The notes under the pieces: model-generated
Database searches by the model: none
Seen by the model: only the letters and a program-made list of their open reading frames with translations
What the model was told of the DNA's origin: nothing
Assembly (NCBI GenBank): GCA_000182565.2
Contig: KQ257457.1
Strand: one strand, 5' to 3'
Source of the DNA: Spizellomyces punctatus DAOM BR117
Taxonomy: Eukaryota
Length of the DNA stretch: 64,000 nt
Part shown: positions 51,591 to 63,910 of the stretch, piece after piece
Position numbering within the stretch: the stretch's first letter is position 1
Layout of the letters: every line of letters begins with the position of its first letter
Translations under genes and position numbers: made by a program

Positions 51591-51884
51591 GGTTTTTTAT
51601 AAATAATAATATCGGTCGAAAGGTCTTTTTGATGAAGGTCTCAATTCTCAACCCTGCTATGGACTCGATAAAATGTTCCTATTCCAAACCTTAAAGTTAA
51701 GGGTCAGAAATCGAGATGATCGGGTGGCTTATACTGCCTTAGCTAATACGTACAAATGAGGCTTTTAAGCTTAGTGAAGAGGGCGGGCCTCACCAAAGCG
51801 CACCAGCCCGAACTTTTGCAGGAATCTCTTTCACATAAAGCTGATAGCGCGGCCGGTGAAAGGTCACAGAGAGCTTTGGTAGAG

Positions 51885-54800
51885 ATGGATTACCAGGCCG
51901 CGCAGGCACGTTTCGAGCAGGCATGCACGGAAATGACGGTACATGGTCGACAGCTCTGGTGATGTGCGGCTTTCAACTGATCGGTTTCAATGCAGCAACC
52001 GGCCACCCGCGAGGCGGGAACCAAGGTCATGCTCGAGTTCCGTAGCACCCCAAACGTCTTGCCTCTCTGCAAACATATTTTCGGTAAAAGTCTGCATGTC
52101 TTGCAAAAACCTTCACGAAGATCGTTCTGAAAGTCCTTATTGCTGCACGTGAATAGAAACAACCCAACGGGACGATGTCCGGTTCCACGTTGTCACTGCT
52201 ATTAAGGAGGTTGCGGCTCGCGAGTATGCACTGCATCCAAAAGTCGAAATACACGGCCTACGCGATTGGCTCCTTGAATATGTAGTCGGGAAGTACGACC
52301 TGTGAGTCACCTTATCATCTCCGAACTTTCGTAATGAGGGCAGTGCGCCGGACAGACGATCGATTATGCTATCGTTGTAGGCTACCCCCATATGTCCGCA
52401 ATTCCACCCTTTCGACTGTAGCGGTCATCGTCAAGCGCGGCTGGTTGGAAGAATCAAGGCCAGATAAGGAGACGTTTTTTGGTCGAATTCTGGCCCTGCT
52501 CAACGGTGAAATAACCCACGTAAGAGAGGAATCTTTTGGGAATTTAGTGAAGCGGCCACATCGTAATCATACCCTGCCTTTTCGTCAAGCGTCAAACTGG
52601 CGTCGCGTTGTTATCCTATATGCTGGACGAATTCTCATCTGATCGCTCAAGTGCCGTTGGTCTTCCATATGATTTTCACATTAAAAGCCGTAGGTCTTTT
52701 GAGGTACGAATGAGAAATGATGCGTTCTTTAAACTTCAAATGTGGCTTACCAATACTTTCTTTGTCGCACATTAGGAAGGAGAACTACGACATATCTTTC
52801 AGATATTAGTCCAAATTATTCAGCATACGTTGCAAGTTGGACCACAGATTGACAATCCTCCCGAGTTTGATTTCTTTACTATGAGCGTCGCGGCTACTGA
52901 AAAGATCCTTGGCTGGGACTTTGTCAAACCTTGTGAGTTTCAGTGGTAGTTTGGTCATGACCGTAGAACGACGGTGCTGACACTTCCACCTAGGCGATAA
53001 TGCGCTCCAAGGACGATTTGAACGGAGGCAACATGTCCGCGATTATCTGATTACTGCCAATTTCCCCCTTAGCTGGCGAGAATTCATCGTACGACCTGAT
53101 ATCATAGACATGTTTTTCCAGGTGGGTAACATGGGACCTATCTAGTGGGCCTTTTGTCTAACATATAAACATATATGGTGTGAAGCTCCATCATACGATG
53201 CAAGAGCATGATCGTCTATCCGATCACACACGACAGTGCCTGATTCATCTGGCGGGACTGCATGGCTCAGTATTTTGTTCCGCCAATGCAAATGGTGTTT
53301 TAGTTGAGGATCAGAATGGACAACGTGGATACGTGGCGCATTTCCTGAAATCTTTTCTGAAGCTACTCACAAGGTACAAGCATTGCAGATGTTGCGTTTT
53401 TATTTAAAATGGGGCTATTTATTGACATCAATTCAGGTTTTTATCCACAACAACCTTCGACCCAGATAGTGGCTATGGTCCGGAGTTGGTTGGAATAACA
53501 TCCATGGCAAAGCGGGTCCTACAAAACTTTCCATTAACTATAACTGGAGCTGTCCCGGAATTTCTACCGTTTCTGAACGAACTGGGAAAACTGACTGTAA
53601 CATGTTCACGTAATACGGTGGGGGATTCGGAAGAGTATTGTACTGAGGCCGCCGATGAACTTTTGGATCTTTGGGCAGGGCTAAGTAAGGAGCGCACACA
53701 GGTCATTGATTTTGAAAGTTCCACTCATTTTCATGCACTTCGCTAGTTCGGCAGATTGAGGATTACATGCATGAGCAAGCTGCACTGAGAACTACGGGAG
53801 CCGCTCCTGGGTTAACGTTTGACTTGGCCACCCTGATGACCTTTTTGACAAGTGTTGCGTATCATGTTTTCGACACGTATGTGGATTCACGTCTGGAGCT
53901 TGCGAAACTGTCTGTGGAAGATGAGGTGGACAACATGAAGGATGAGGTATAAAGATTAATATCGTTACCTCAAAGAGTGGTTGATGATAATGCGAGTTGT
54001 GCGTAGTATCTGTACGAAGATCAGCTCTTGGCTGTGGCTATCATAGGTCGTGTGGAGCCTGGAAAATCGATAGCCAAGTTGCAGCAGTTGATTGCGGATC
54101 GAATGGCCAGATTACACGAAGCATTTGCCGGAAACCAGGAACAAGGTGAGTTATAATACAATCATTTGAGTGGCAGATTCAGAGTTAACCAGATCTCGCT
54201 CCGCGCAGCAAGTCAGATTCCTATTCTACTTGAGCATATTCACTGGCTGTCGTTGCTCTCAGGCCACTTATTGGCTGACTCGGGCCGAGGCGAGAAACCT
54301 GAGATACCTCGAACTTTGAAAGGGTTATCGGTGAGCAGACATCGTATTTATTCGTCTTCCTAATTGATATTTGACAAACGTGTAGTTGCATTCACGAGTA
54401 GACGCTGACCCCGTTGTCACACTGGCCATGACACTTTTCAAAGTTTTCAAACTTGTGTCGGTGGAGCCAGATAGCCCGCAGGTGTGAAGAGCAGGGGATA
54501 CTTTGCCGCACAGGTCGCTGAAGGCTAACACTTCTTCAGTTCGCTCTGTGCAGTCCTTTGGTTAGCGAGACGCTCCTGTGGTTTGTCGAGCGTTGGACCG
54601 AGACGTACCTCTTTCTCGACTGCAGGGAGGCGGCTTCCCCGTCCTTGGTCAGAGCTTTCGGTAGACAAGAAGGTGGACAACACGTACTTGACTTCATCCT
54701 TACGATGGTGCAAAAGAACTTTGTTCTATGGCATGGGGAGACGGACGTGTTGTTACAGGTTCGTATTAGGGCCAGTGGCCTTTGGTGATAAAGGTGGGAT

Positions 54801-56730
54801 AGTAAGACGCGTCGCCCTTTACAGGTAGTCAATTTGCTTAATGCTTTCTCGCGGAACACGGAGGTTCGCAACGCCTTGCTTGTGTCTGGTATTGCAACAT
54901 TGTAGTTTGTAAGGATGATTCCCGATATGCTGACGCCATGATCCAAATGCAGAAACATTCCAAGGCATGATATCCTTCTTCTTGGATAACCTTAGTCGAC
55001 TACCCGCAGATGTGCACAGGTGACTTATATCTGTTACTTCCACCGGTATTTGCAAATGGGCTAATAACAGCTTATGCTCTGTAGTCCTTTAATAGAAAAC
55101 ATTGCAACAATCGCAACCCATGCCACGAGCGCTGATGTCAGATCACATTACTTTAGCGGCCTCAGTAATGCGATCGAAAAGCGGCTACTAGGCATCCTGA
55201 ATCATCCCCAATTTCTGCAGATCTATCAGCTTCCGGAGAGCATCGAGTCGGTCATGAGCACAATGGAGATGTACGGTGGACTGGCCCTAGCTGCTGACGA
55301 ATCAAATACGAAGGAAATTTTTGCCACCATCTCAAAGTACTTTGATGCCTTTATTAAATTATTGGAAGTGTATCGGAATGTCACGGAAGTGGAAAAGTAT
55401 ATCCTGTTAGTTTTTGCGAACTTGATTCGATGTCAGGTATGGGCGCAACATATGTGCATGTCGAATAGGAATCTGACTCATTCAATATGTATGTTGATGC
55501 AGTCCTTCGAAGAACTGACTCCAGCGGACTGCCAGAAACTGTACACTGCTGTTCTCGAATTATTGAAAACGTACGCGAAAAACGAAGTTGGTAAGTTTCA
55601 GCTGTTGAGAGTTTAACATCACTTGCTGCTACTGAACAGTGGTCGCAGGCAAAACACGTGTGCTGCAGGCCGAACGGGAGGAGGAACTATATGAAGATGT
55701 TTCATGTATACTAGAGCTGTTGGCCCAACTTATGGCATCGCAGTACGAAGGCCTTGGTATGACACGGTCTCTTTGTTTCCATGCGTCGCCGTGTTGACTC
55801 ATGTTTCGTTTGGTAGCTTGGAGCGACATTTTAGTCAAACGCAAAAACAAAGCTACCGTGGATGTGGCAGACGTCATTTTCTATGGTGTCAATGTTGTAA
55901 TACCGCTGATCACTGATCAGATGTTGCAGGTGCGTAGGGAAAATGGAGTTTTAAATTCCTAACTTAACTCATTGTGGTTGCAGTTCCCTGAACTCTGCAA
56001 GGACTACATATCCTTGGTAAGCAACCTGGTGCGGTACTTCCCAGACAAGCTGTCGAGCCTTCCTTCGGAACTTCTTTCCAGTTTGGTAAGATCTCTGGAG
56101 TTTGGTATGCACAATGCTATCTCGGAAGTAGCCAGGAGCGCGTTTGAAGCAGTGACAGCGCTGGCGCTTTTCGGATGGGACGAACAAGCCAGCAGCGGTG
56201 CGGTTCCCGTAATGAGTTCATTTCGTCCCTTGCAACTTTGATTGATTCTTTTGTCGAATTAGGAATGTCACTCGAGTTTTTGCATCCATATTTGGATGGA
56301 TTGCTGCAGCAGACACTAGAGATGTTTTTGTTTCGCGATTTTGATTCGGGACTGATGGAATCCGCTGGAGAAGCACTCTTTGCATTGGCTTTGTCCCGAG
56401 GAGTATGTTTCTTTTCTTCTTTGCGCTTAATGGTTAGGCAGCAACCATGTATTCAACATCCATCCCCAACAGGATCATTACAATACCCTTACACAGCATC
56501 TTATCAGCCAGCAGTCGCAACCTCATTTCGCAAGAAGGCTCAGCGACGCCCTGCAAACTCTAAACACGGCAATTGCAGAAACGGCGCAAACTCCTGGTGC
56601 AGCGGAACGACTGAGGATAGCACGAGTTGAGGGATTCATTGGTGGACCCAGTGCAGCGTGGTTTTCTAGATATAGGGAGCGATTGGAAGCATTTCTCATG
56701 GACGTTCGGGGGTTTTTGAGGGTGAAATGA
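51885..56730 (+). CDS. XPO4: Exportin-4 (karyopherin-beta family)
   Basis: FEQAC…EFRSTPN…CKHIFE, AVIVKRGW, QCLIHLAGLHG, HWLSLLSGHLLAD, SPLVSETLLWF..RW..TYL, LQFPELC..Y and C-terminal FLMDVRGFLRVK*; about 18 introns. Confidence 0.85.
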
Positions 56731-57060
56731 ATGTAAATTCAAAGTCTTTTAGGCAATTTGGTAGCTAATATGTATACGATAGGGTTTTTGTTCGTCTATA
56801 GTAGATCTGAAATTAATGGCAGTATTTGGAAGTGAAGCATCGAAAAGCTAGTAAGGCATTGTAGTATCTTGCTCATTCTGCTTCCCAGACTTTGAAGCAA
56901 TGGTTCAGGCAAGGACGAATGAAATCAGAGGCACAGAAAGAATAATGTATGAGATGTTATAATGGAGGACTACCCGTATAACGTCTACCACTTCCGGCTT
57001 AGGGTTAGGATAACGACCAGCCAACTCCCAGTACCAGCAAAGAAAGAGGATCTTGCAGTA

Positions 57061-57459
57061 TCACTCCGTCTGTGCAGCTTCCTGAATCACTGCATTCGTG
57101 TCCGGAGGGCTTTCAAGTGGGATCGCCCCAACCTTTTCAAACGGAATCAATCCACCCGTCTTCTTTGTATTGACGGGCGGCGTGGCAGCAGCCCAATCCC
57201 CATACTCCCGTCGAACCTCCTCCATAACGCGTTGATCATACTCTCTAATCTCTCTCATTTTGCGAACGTGAACTCCGTACCAAAAATAGTACCTGCATAT
57301 TATTGGGAAACCATTTGTTGGGAATAGGAGAAGAAAAAGCAATCTGAAGGCTACCAACCCAATCCCGAAACCCAGCGCAGTGCTTCCAATAAGATCGCGT
57401 ATGATGCGCTTTCTGAAGCGGGCAGTTATGGGAGCTATAGCTGAGGCCGCATATGCCAT
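57061..57459 (-). CDS. COX9: Cytochrome c oxidase subunit Cox9 (fungal VIIa) with C-terminal extension
   Basis: AIAPITARFRKRIIRDLIGSTALGFGIG|YYFWYGVH matches Cox9 (IAPITG…D…YWWWGFH) after removing intron 57293..57358. Confidence 0.82.
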   Translation of the reverse strand: MAYAASAIAPITARFRKRIIRDLIGSTALGFGIGLVAFRLLFLLLFPTNGFPIICRYYFWYGVHVRKMREIREYDQRVMEEVRREYGDWAAATPPVNTKKTGGLIPFEKVGAIPLESPPDTNAVIQEAAQTE

Positions 57460-58198
57460 GAGGAATGCCTTGGTCTGGAACCCTTTGAGTATTTCCTAGT
57501 CCTTATGTGCGTAACTCTTGATGCGAGCCGTTGAAGCTTTTGGTCCGGTAACCCCATGTACTTCACTGATATTACGTAGCAGGATAATCACGCAGGCACA
57601 TGATTCCTCCAAGCCCAGGGCTGCTTTCAATGCAGGCTTGCTTCCTGCACGAGACTGGTACTCTGTAGATTTGGGGGCATGTATGGATTATAACCATAAG
57701 TTAAGCGTAACACACGCTTTGGGATATCCTGGCGGATAGTTACCCAAGACTGCCTTTTGTTTAGATCAATGGCCAAATAGAAGAGAAGGCATTGGCAGCC
57801 ATCCCAATTACCACGTGGGCCATAGACCATTCGCAACGGGGATTTGGTATCATATTAGAATAGAATTCAATGCCATGTAGAAAAGAATATGGAAAGGATA
57901 AAAGAAATTGGAAAGATGTATTTTGAAGTATGATCCTCCATCCTCCTGAGCAATGCGTTTGGGTCCGCGGAGACCCACAATCTTGTGTGATGCGGATTTA
58001 GGGATAGCAGTATTTGAGACCCTATTTTATCATAGTCTCCCATGCCATGTTTATATCTCGGCTGCATCTGATCCAAAATTATCCTCGGCAGCCAGATGTA
58101 ACGTAGTAATAACAGTGTCTAATACGCAGTTCCCTGTTATTAGACATTGGACCGGACCAACCTCCCCAAAATCGTCACCGCCCACCACCATATCTATT

Positions 58199-59242
58199 AT
58201 GCCCATCGACGACCCAAACTGCCAGTTTTACACGGACAGCAACGGCACCTCTGTTATATCGTACACTGGCTTACTGTCGAAATGGGACAAGCCAGAGTCC
58301 CCGTGCACAGGAATCAATCTGCTCAGTGTAAACCTGTTCTTCTGTGTGCTCGCCATTTGTATACAACTAGGGACTGCTACGTTCGTCTATCTTATCCTTC
58401 TTCGCCATCGCAAAACAAAGCACAACATTCTTATTTTTATGGCACCTGCGGCATTAATTCCTGGATCCATACTTGACACCATATCGGCATCAACTTACTT
58501 TCAATTCTTTGGATATCCGGATGGGACTCAATTACCCAAGATCTTCTTTTTTACGGCATGCACATTGTTGGCATGTGTTGAAGGAATTCGACTCGATTTT
58601 TTAATCATGATCATCGGGCAGGGGAAAGTGAAGAAGGAATGGGGAAAATGGTTTATGTGGTTCACGATGGGAGTTGGAACAATACTGGGGGTTCTCACTA
58701 TCGCGTTGTTCATATCATCGGCAAAGGGAGAGTCAGCTAGTGCGAGCTGGAGCTGGTAAGCTCTGGATGATCGTTATGTTGCTGATGATCATACAATTGA
58801 TATCATTCTTTGCTCAACCAGGCCTTACACTCTGTGGTTCATGTACGTCGGCGCCTTGGATATTTCCATCAGTATAGCGATTCTGCATCTCGCATATCGG
58901 CAGACTGCTCTCCTTGCAGCCTTCGCGAACGGCAAACTGAACATTGCCCAAGTCGGCGCTCTGGCAGGACGATTTAAACGTCTTGCGTTTCTCCAGTTAG
59001 TCATGATTTTGTGCACGGCGTTACTCTTCAATGTACGGGTTGGATATTCGTTTGGCCTCTTTGCGACTGTCGGAGTATCATCACAGATGTCGACAGTAGT
59101 ATACTCCGTGCATCTGCTGCAAAAGATACAACATCTGAAAAATGCGAACATGAAGGGAGAGGAGGATAGTAGCTCCGCTCGAAAGAGCCATGGAACTGAC
59201 CGTACCGGAAGTCATGCAACTGAGCGTACGACGGTGCCGTAG
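58199..59242 (+). CDS. Orphan multi-pass (about 7 TM, GPCR-like topology) membrane protein
   Basis: N-terminal NGT sequon and two Cys, about seven hydrophobic segments, Ser/Thr-rich polar tail; intron 58756..58821 joins two ORFs in frame. Confidence 0.72.
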
Positions 59243-59648
59243 AAGTGCAGTTATATTTGAACGTAATAGAGTCTACTGATAGGCCTTGTTCCAAGGCGGC
59301 AAGTAGTAGAGTGCTTTATCGCGCTTATCTACACACATCCACTTAAAAATGGTGATCCTCGTTCACTATCGGCCTGTTTCGCTCTTAACTGGTACAGATG
59401 TAAACATACTACCAAATTTTGCCATAGTTCCTTCATGCTGGGCAATTGGGTAAACCAGATTTGTCATGCGAACCGGCAAACCGGTTGAGTTCAAGAAAAG
59501 TACACCTATTGCAGTAGATAGGTTGATTTCACGAAAAGTACATATATTGCAGTATGTAGTCCATAAAATGCTATGAGACGCAGGAGCACAGTATTTTCGA
59601 AGCTACCTGATCTTTCACTCTATGGACCAGTTGAATTCTATGCTGACC

Positions 59649-61054
59649 TCAGAGTTTCGAGGCGTTGGGATTGACTGCACCCGTCAAGCGTCCACCCGCA
59701 GCAATGTCAGCGACCCGATGGGCGCAAGGTTGAAATAGTTTTGCAGCTTGTCGGGCATTGGCGGAACTGGCTTGCTTCCGCTTGATCCGTGCGGCAATCC
59801 CCTGAGCAATAACCGCAAGCTAAAAAGAAAAACATGAGCTACAGCTGTTGTTTATTTTTGCCAAACAGCCTGGAACCCACTCGGAAGAACGCAAAAGCAA
59901 CGCAAAAGTCCCATTTCGGAATTGGGTACTGTCTCCCTGTCAATCTGCAGTACTCTTGGACGAGTTCCTCAGCCTCTGGTATGTCCAATGGTCGTTTCAT
60001 TTCCATCACAGCCATTCCTTCAGGGAATACTCCGGGAGTATAAAACGGTAACAACAAGTTTGCTAGATCACTCAAAGGATGTCCGATGGTTGACAACTCC
60101 CAATCAAGCAGACCAATTACAGTAGATTGAGTGGGATGAAACACCACATTGTCCAGCTTGAAATCACCATGGCAGATAGTGACTTCGTCAGCCACCATGT
60201 TTTTCTTGAACCATTCAATGGAGGATGAGAGTTTGTAAAGAGGTCCCACAGCTTCCCCCGCCTCGTCAGTGACGGAAGCTTGAGCGTTAGAGACTTGCAG
60301 AAGGCGGCGAATCTGACGCTCGTAGAAGCCTCCCGCTTTGCCGTAGTTCTCCAACCCAATCTCCCTGAATGGGGCCTTGTGAAGACGAGCTAGAGTGTCG
60401 ATGATGGAAAAGTAACTTGAGCGGAAAACAGAGTCAGCTCGCGCACACACGTGATGAGGGAACCAAAGAAGGACTCACTAAGCCCTCCTGTCCTGCTTCG
60501 GCACCGTTGACAACAAATTGTCCGAGAATATCCTTCCCTCCAGAAACTCCATAACGTAGAATGGCGTTCCAAGTATTTCCTTGTCTTCGCACAATACATA
60601 GACTTTCGGAACCGGGACATTTGTACGCGTGCCCAGAGCGTGAAGAACTTTGTATTCTCGTTCCACGGCGTGGGCAGTTTGAGAAATGAGCGTTCCCGGA
60701 GGCTTCTTACGAAGCACATAACGAGTCGAGCTATGTGATGGTCAAATTGAGAACCACATGATATTCCGGCTGCCAACCCAATAGGACGTACTTTGCGTCT
60801 TTGAGGAAATACGTGGGGTTACTTTGTCCAAGTTGGAATTGACGAACTTCAAGCGGTGCTCGGAATCCTTCCGGCATATGTTTTTGGAGATAAGCGGTCA
60901 ACTTGCCAACATCGATTTGCATGCTAAAAGCCCACAGAATGGTAAGTTGAAAACATGATGGTGGAGTGGAAAATTAGACTCCACTACACGCCACTTACCC
61001 TTCTCTGACAGCACTCGTGCCTTGCCCATGCTCGTTTCCTGGCTGGTTGAACAT
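59649..61054 (-). CDS. APH-family phosphotransferase (stand-alone ACAD10/11 N-terminal kinase), peroxisomal PTS1 SKL
   Basis: QFQLGQSNPTY, VLRKKPPG…AHAVEREY, GTPFYVMEFLEGRIF, HGDFKLDN, LDWELSTIGHPLSDL and AQGIAAR…QASS; ends NPNASKL*. Confidence 0.93.
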
Positions 61055-61540
61055 TCTAACAACCTTTTCTTTAAATTCATCAACTGGGATGAGGTGTGGT
61101 CGACGGGGAAACTCGTTGGGATGGAGAGTTGACCTTGTCACGTGTGGCGATGCTGGGGTAATCAAATAACCGGAGTATGATGACTGTGCAACGCGGAGGG
61201 CGCAGCCGAGATCGGCAAGAGTTTAAGCAACTTGCAGTAGACGGACGATATTGATGTCCTTGAAGGGTCACGAAGATGCTGCGTTTCGCCCTCGTCGGCT
61301 ATTGCAAACTGCTCTCAAACCTGATCGGCAGGCTGTCCAAGTTGGGGCAACGTTTTTTATTAACATCATATAAGTTACATAAGTGTGAGTTATAGGTTAT
61401 ATAATGATTCAAGTAATAGATAATCAATAATGGATTCGTAGTAGCAAGCAGCAGGTAATAGGTAGTCAGGAATAGGTAATCAGGCGGTATGTCTTCCTCC
61501 TTATTGTCTTTGGACGTTTGAAGCGAGACCCACCATAAAT

Positions 61541-62879
61541 CTACTTGGCGTTGGCCAAGAAAAATTCGATTCCTTGAGTAAAGGCAGGGCCACGAATACT
61601 GTCGACCTCTGTAGCAAGAGAAGACTGATGAGCCTTTTGCACAAGCTATTGCGTATCGTGTTGACACATACCATTGAAAATTTCATGGCGAGATGTAGGC
61701 CATTTCACCAAGTTGCAGTTTGGAGCAGGCTGCACAGCCAACGCGCTAATACCTAGGAATCCCTGGCTTCCTTGGCAGAAAGTGTTCTGTCCTTCTGGTT
61801 CGACGTACTTGTGGAAAAAGTTAGCAACATAAATCACAGTATTAGCTTCGATCTGGTGAACTTACAGCATCCATGCCGGCCTGATAAAGTAGAATTGGAG
61901 TCTTGGCTTTCCTGGCATTTTGAACCGTTTTGGCAACTGCAGACATTGATTCCGTCATCCAACGGGCATCAATTCCAGCGATTTCTGCAAGTAATAAAGC
62001 AGTGGTAAGACACAATATTTGGATAAGCTGGCCATAAAATTACGTACGGGCTTCAGGAAAGTTGGCATATGATTGCGTATTCAGGTTAAATCTAACACGA
62101 CTGCTGGTGGTGTTGGCCGCGACAAAAGCATCGTCAGACCAAACATACGCGGTGGTTGCGGTCTGCCCAGGGAGTAGTGTACAGGGGCCTTGAAGGAGGC
62201 TAATGGTTCCTGCCAGGCCAAAGGCGACAAGGTTGGAGTAGGGATCGGTATTTATTTGGAGCATCGGTGCTGTCAAAAGTGCAGCTTTGAAGGTGTTGGG
62301 GTATTGCTCCAAATACATTGCGCCGATTCCACCGCCCATGCTGTGACCCCAAAGGAATAAGTTTTTAGGAGAGGTAGCGGCGACCACAGAGATCAGGGTC
62401 TGCATATCATCGACATAGTTCTGGAATTGATCAACGTCGGAAATGGTTTCTGGCTGGCAGCCAAGACGAGGTTTGGAGAAACCTTGGCCACGGTGGTCCC
62501 AGGTAAAAACATTGAAACCCTATTTCAATGGCCAACATTAAGGGACTACAAGAGCGGAAACTTAAATAGGAAGAAAAAAACTCACATTCTGGTTAAAGTC
62601 GTAGATCAACTCGCGGAATTTGATGAACGACTCCGTGTGGCCATTCACCAGGACGATGGTGTTGACAGATCCTCCTGGAGCAGCAAAGTACCTCCACGGG
62701 ATATTGATACCAGCGGCTCCAACAATAGTACCGTTCTGAGAACTGACGAAATTGTTGTACATAGCCCCAGTGTAGAGACTAGGGAGCTGGTTCTCGGTGG
62801 TGAACTTGACCATAGCCGCAGCCGACTGCATGCTGAGAGCGAGCACTGCGGACGTCGCGAGGAGGAGTGTCGCTTTCAT
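61541..62879 (-). CDS. Secreted alpha/beta hydrolase, lysophospholipase L2 (PldB)-like
   Basis: Signal peptide; VNGHTESFIKFRELIYD, WDHRGQGFS, nucleophile GHSMGG, LLYQAGMD and SRHEIFNEVDSIR; four introns. Confidence 0.88.
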
Positions 62880-63910
62880 GATGGTTGCAGCTATGTAGGG
62901 CAACGTCACAATCTATAAGTCTATGTTTATTGTGGTAGGAATGCTGGGCCAAGAGACAAGACATTCTATCAGCAGCTTTTTATCTTGCATTTCTCAACCG
63001 CTGGCGTGGATTTCCTGTACTTTTATTTACATTGCAAGAAGTTCTAACTTTAGACGAGCCGGCAATGTCTTCAAAATAATAACTTGCGATAGCACTTTCG
63101 CAAGCAGCCGTCTTGCTGTCAACATTGAAGATTGTTATGGAAAAGAGTTGTAAATATCTAAAAATAGACGTAAAGCCTTGTGGTTAAGCTTAAGTTAGGC
63201 CAAATGTTGGCTCGGATCAGGGATGAATATCAGCCAGCGACTGTCAACATGGTTCATTCAGGAATCTTCGACAGGTCCAAATAGTCGCCGCAACTTTCCA
63301 AGTAATCCAAAATATTAGACTAGGAGGCAAATATTGTCCAAAATCGCTAAGCCCTACCATGCGTATCTTCCAAGTTTTTGCAATCCGTGGAGTTTGTCAA
63401 TGGTGAAATCAAACATCCCATACCGCTGCCAAACAGATTGCATCAGGATGCCAGCACACACCAGCGGCGTCATGCTGAGCGATCACTGATGGTCTCATAG
63501 CATGGTGGCTTTCCCTAAATGCCTGGTTACATGATGGTCGATTTCATTCAGTCGTCAACAATATCGAATTGGGTTGTTTACGGGTATTCCAGGTGATTTG
63601 ATGATTCAGGATATTTTCTTACAGTTGGGTTAGGTGTTCCGCTGGTTCAATAAATGAATATTCAAAGGACTTGTTTAAGGATCATCAAGAACACACACAT
63701 GCCTGTGTTCAAAAAACCCATAGTTTGAAGGTTGGGCGGACAAGGTTGACATTCAAATATTCCGGGATAAATACGAAGTGCAGCTTTAGGTTTGTATTGT
63801 GATCAAAGCATTGCAGGCGCTAATCCCATATTCAAAATCACTGAATAGAATAGAGAGTTATAGCTGCTGGTATTTGAAGCGGGCCCTGGTCCAGGTTTCC
63901 TCTACACCAA

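Noticed and set aside
14147-61054. Peroxisomal genes as a physical gene cluster
   Set aside because: The four genes are spread over 47 kb among unrelated housekeeping genes; only the shared motif is reported.
487-62879. Stop-codon readthrough (TGA CTA) producing cryptic PTS1 isoforms
   Set aside because: None of the stop codons I inspected has the TGA-CTA context.
670-63153. Numerous antisense and alternate-frame ORFs in the supplied track (e.g. 5065-5517, 11190-11651, 33105-33560, 62427-62918)
   Set aside because: They are shadows of recognised genes on the opposite strand or in another frame and carry no motifs of their own.
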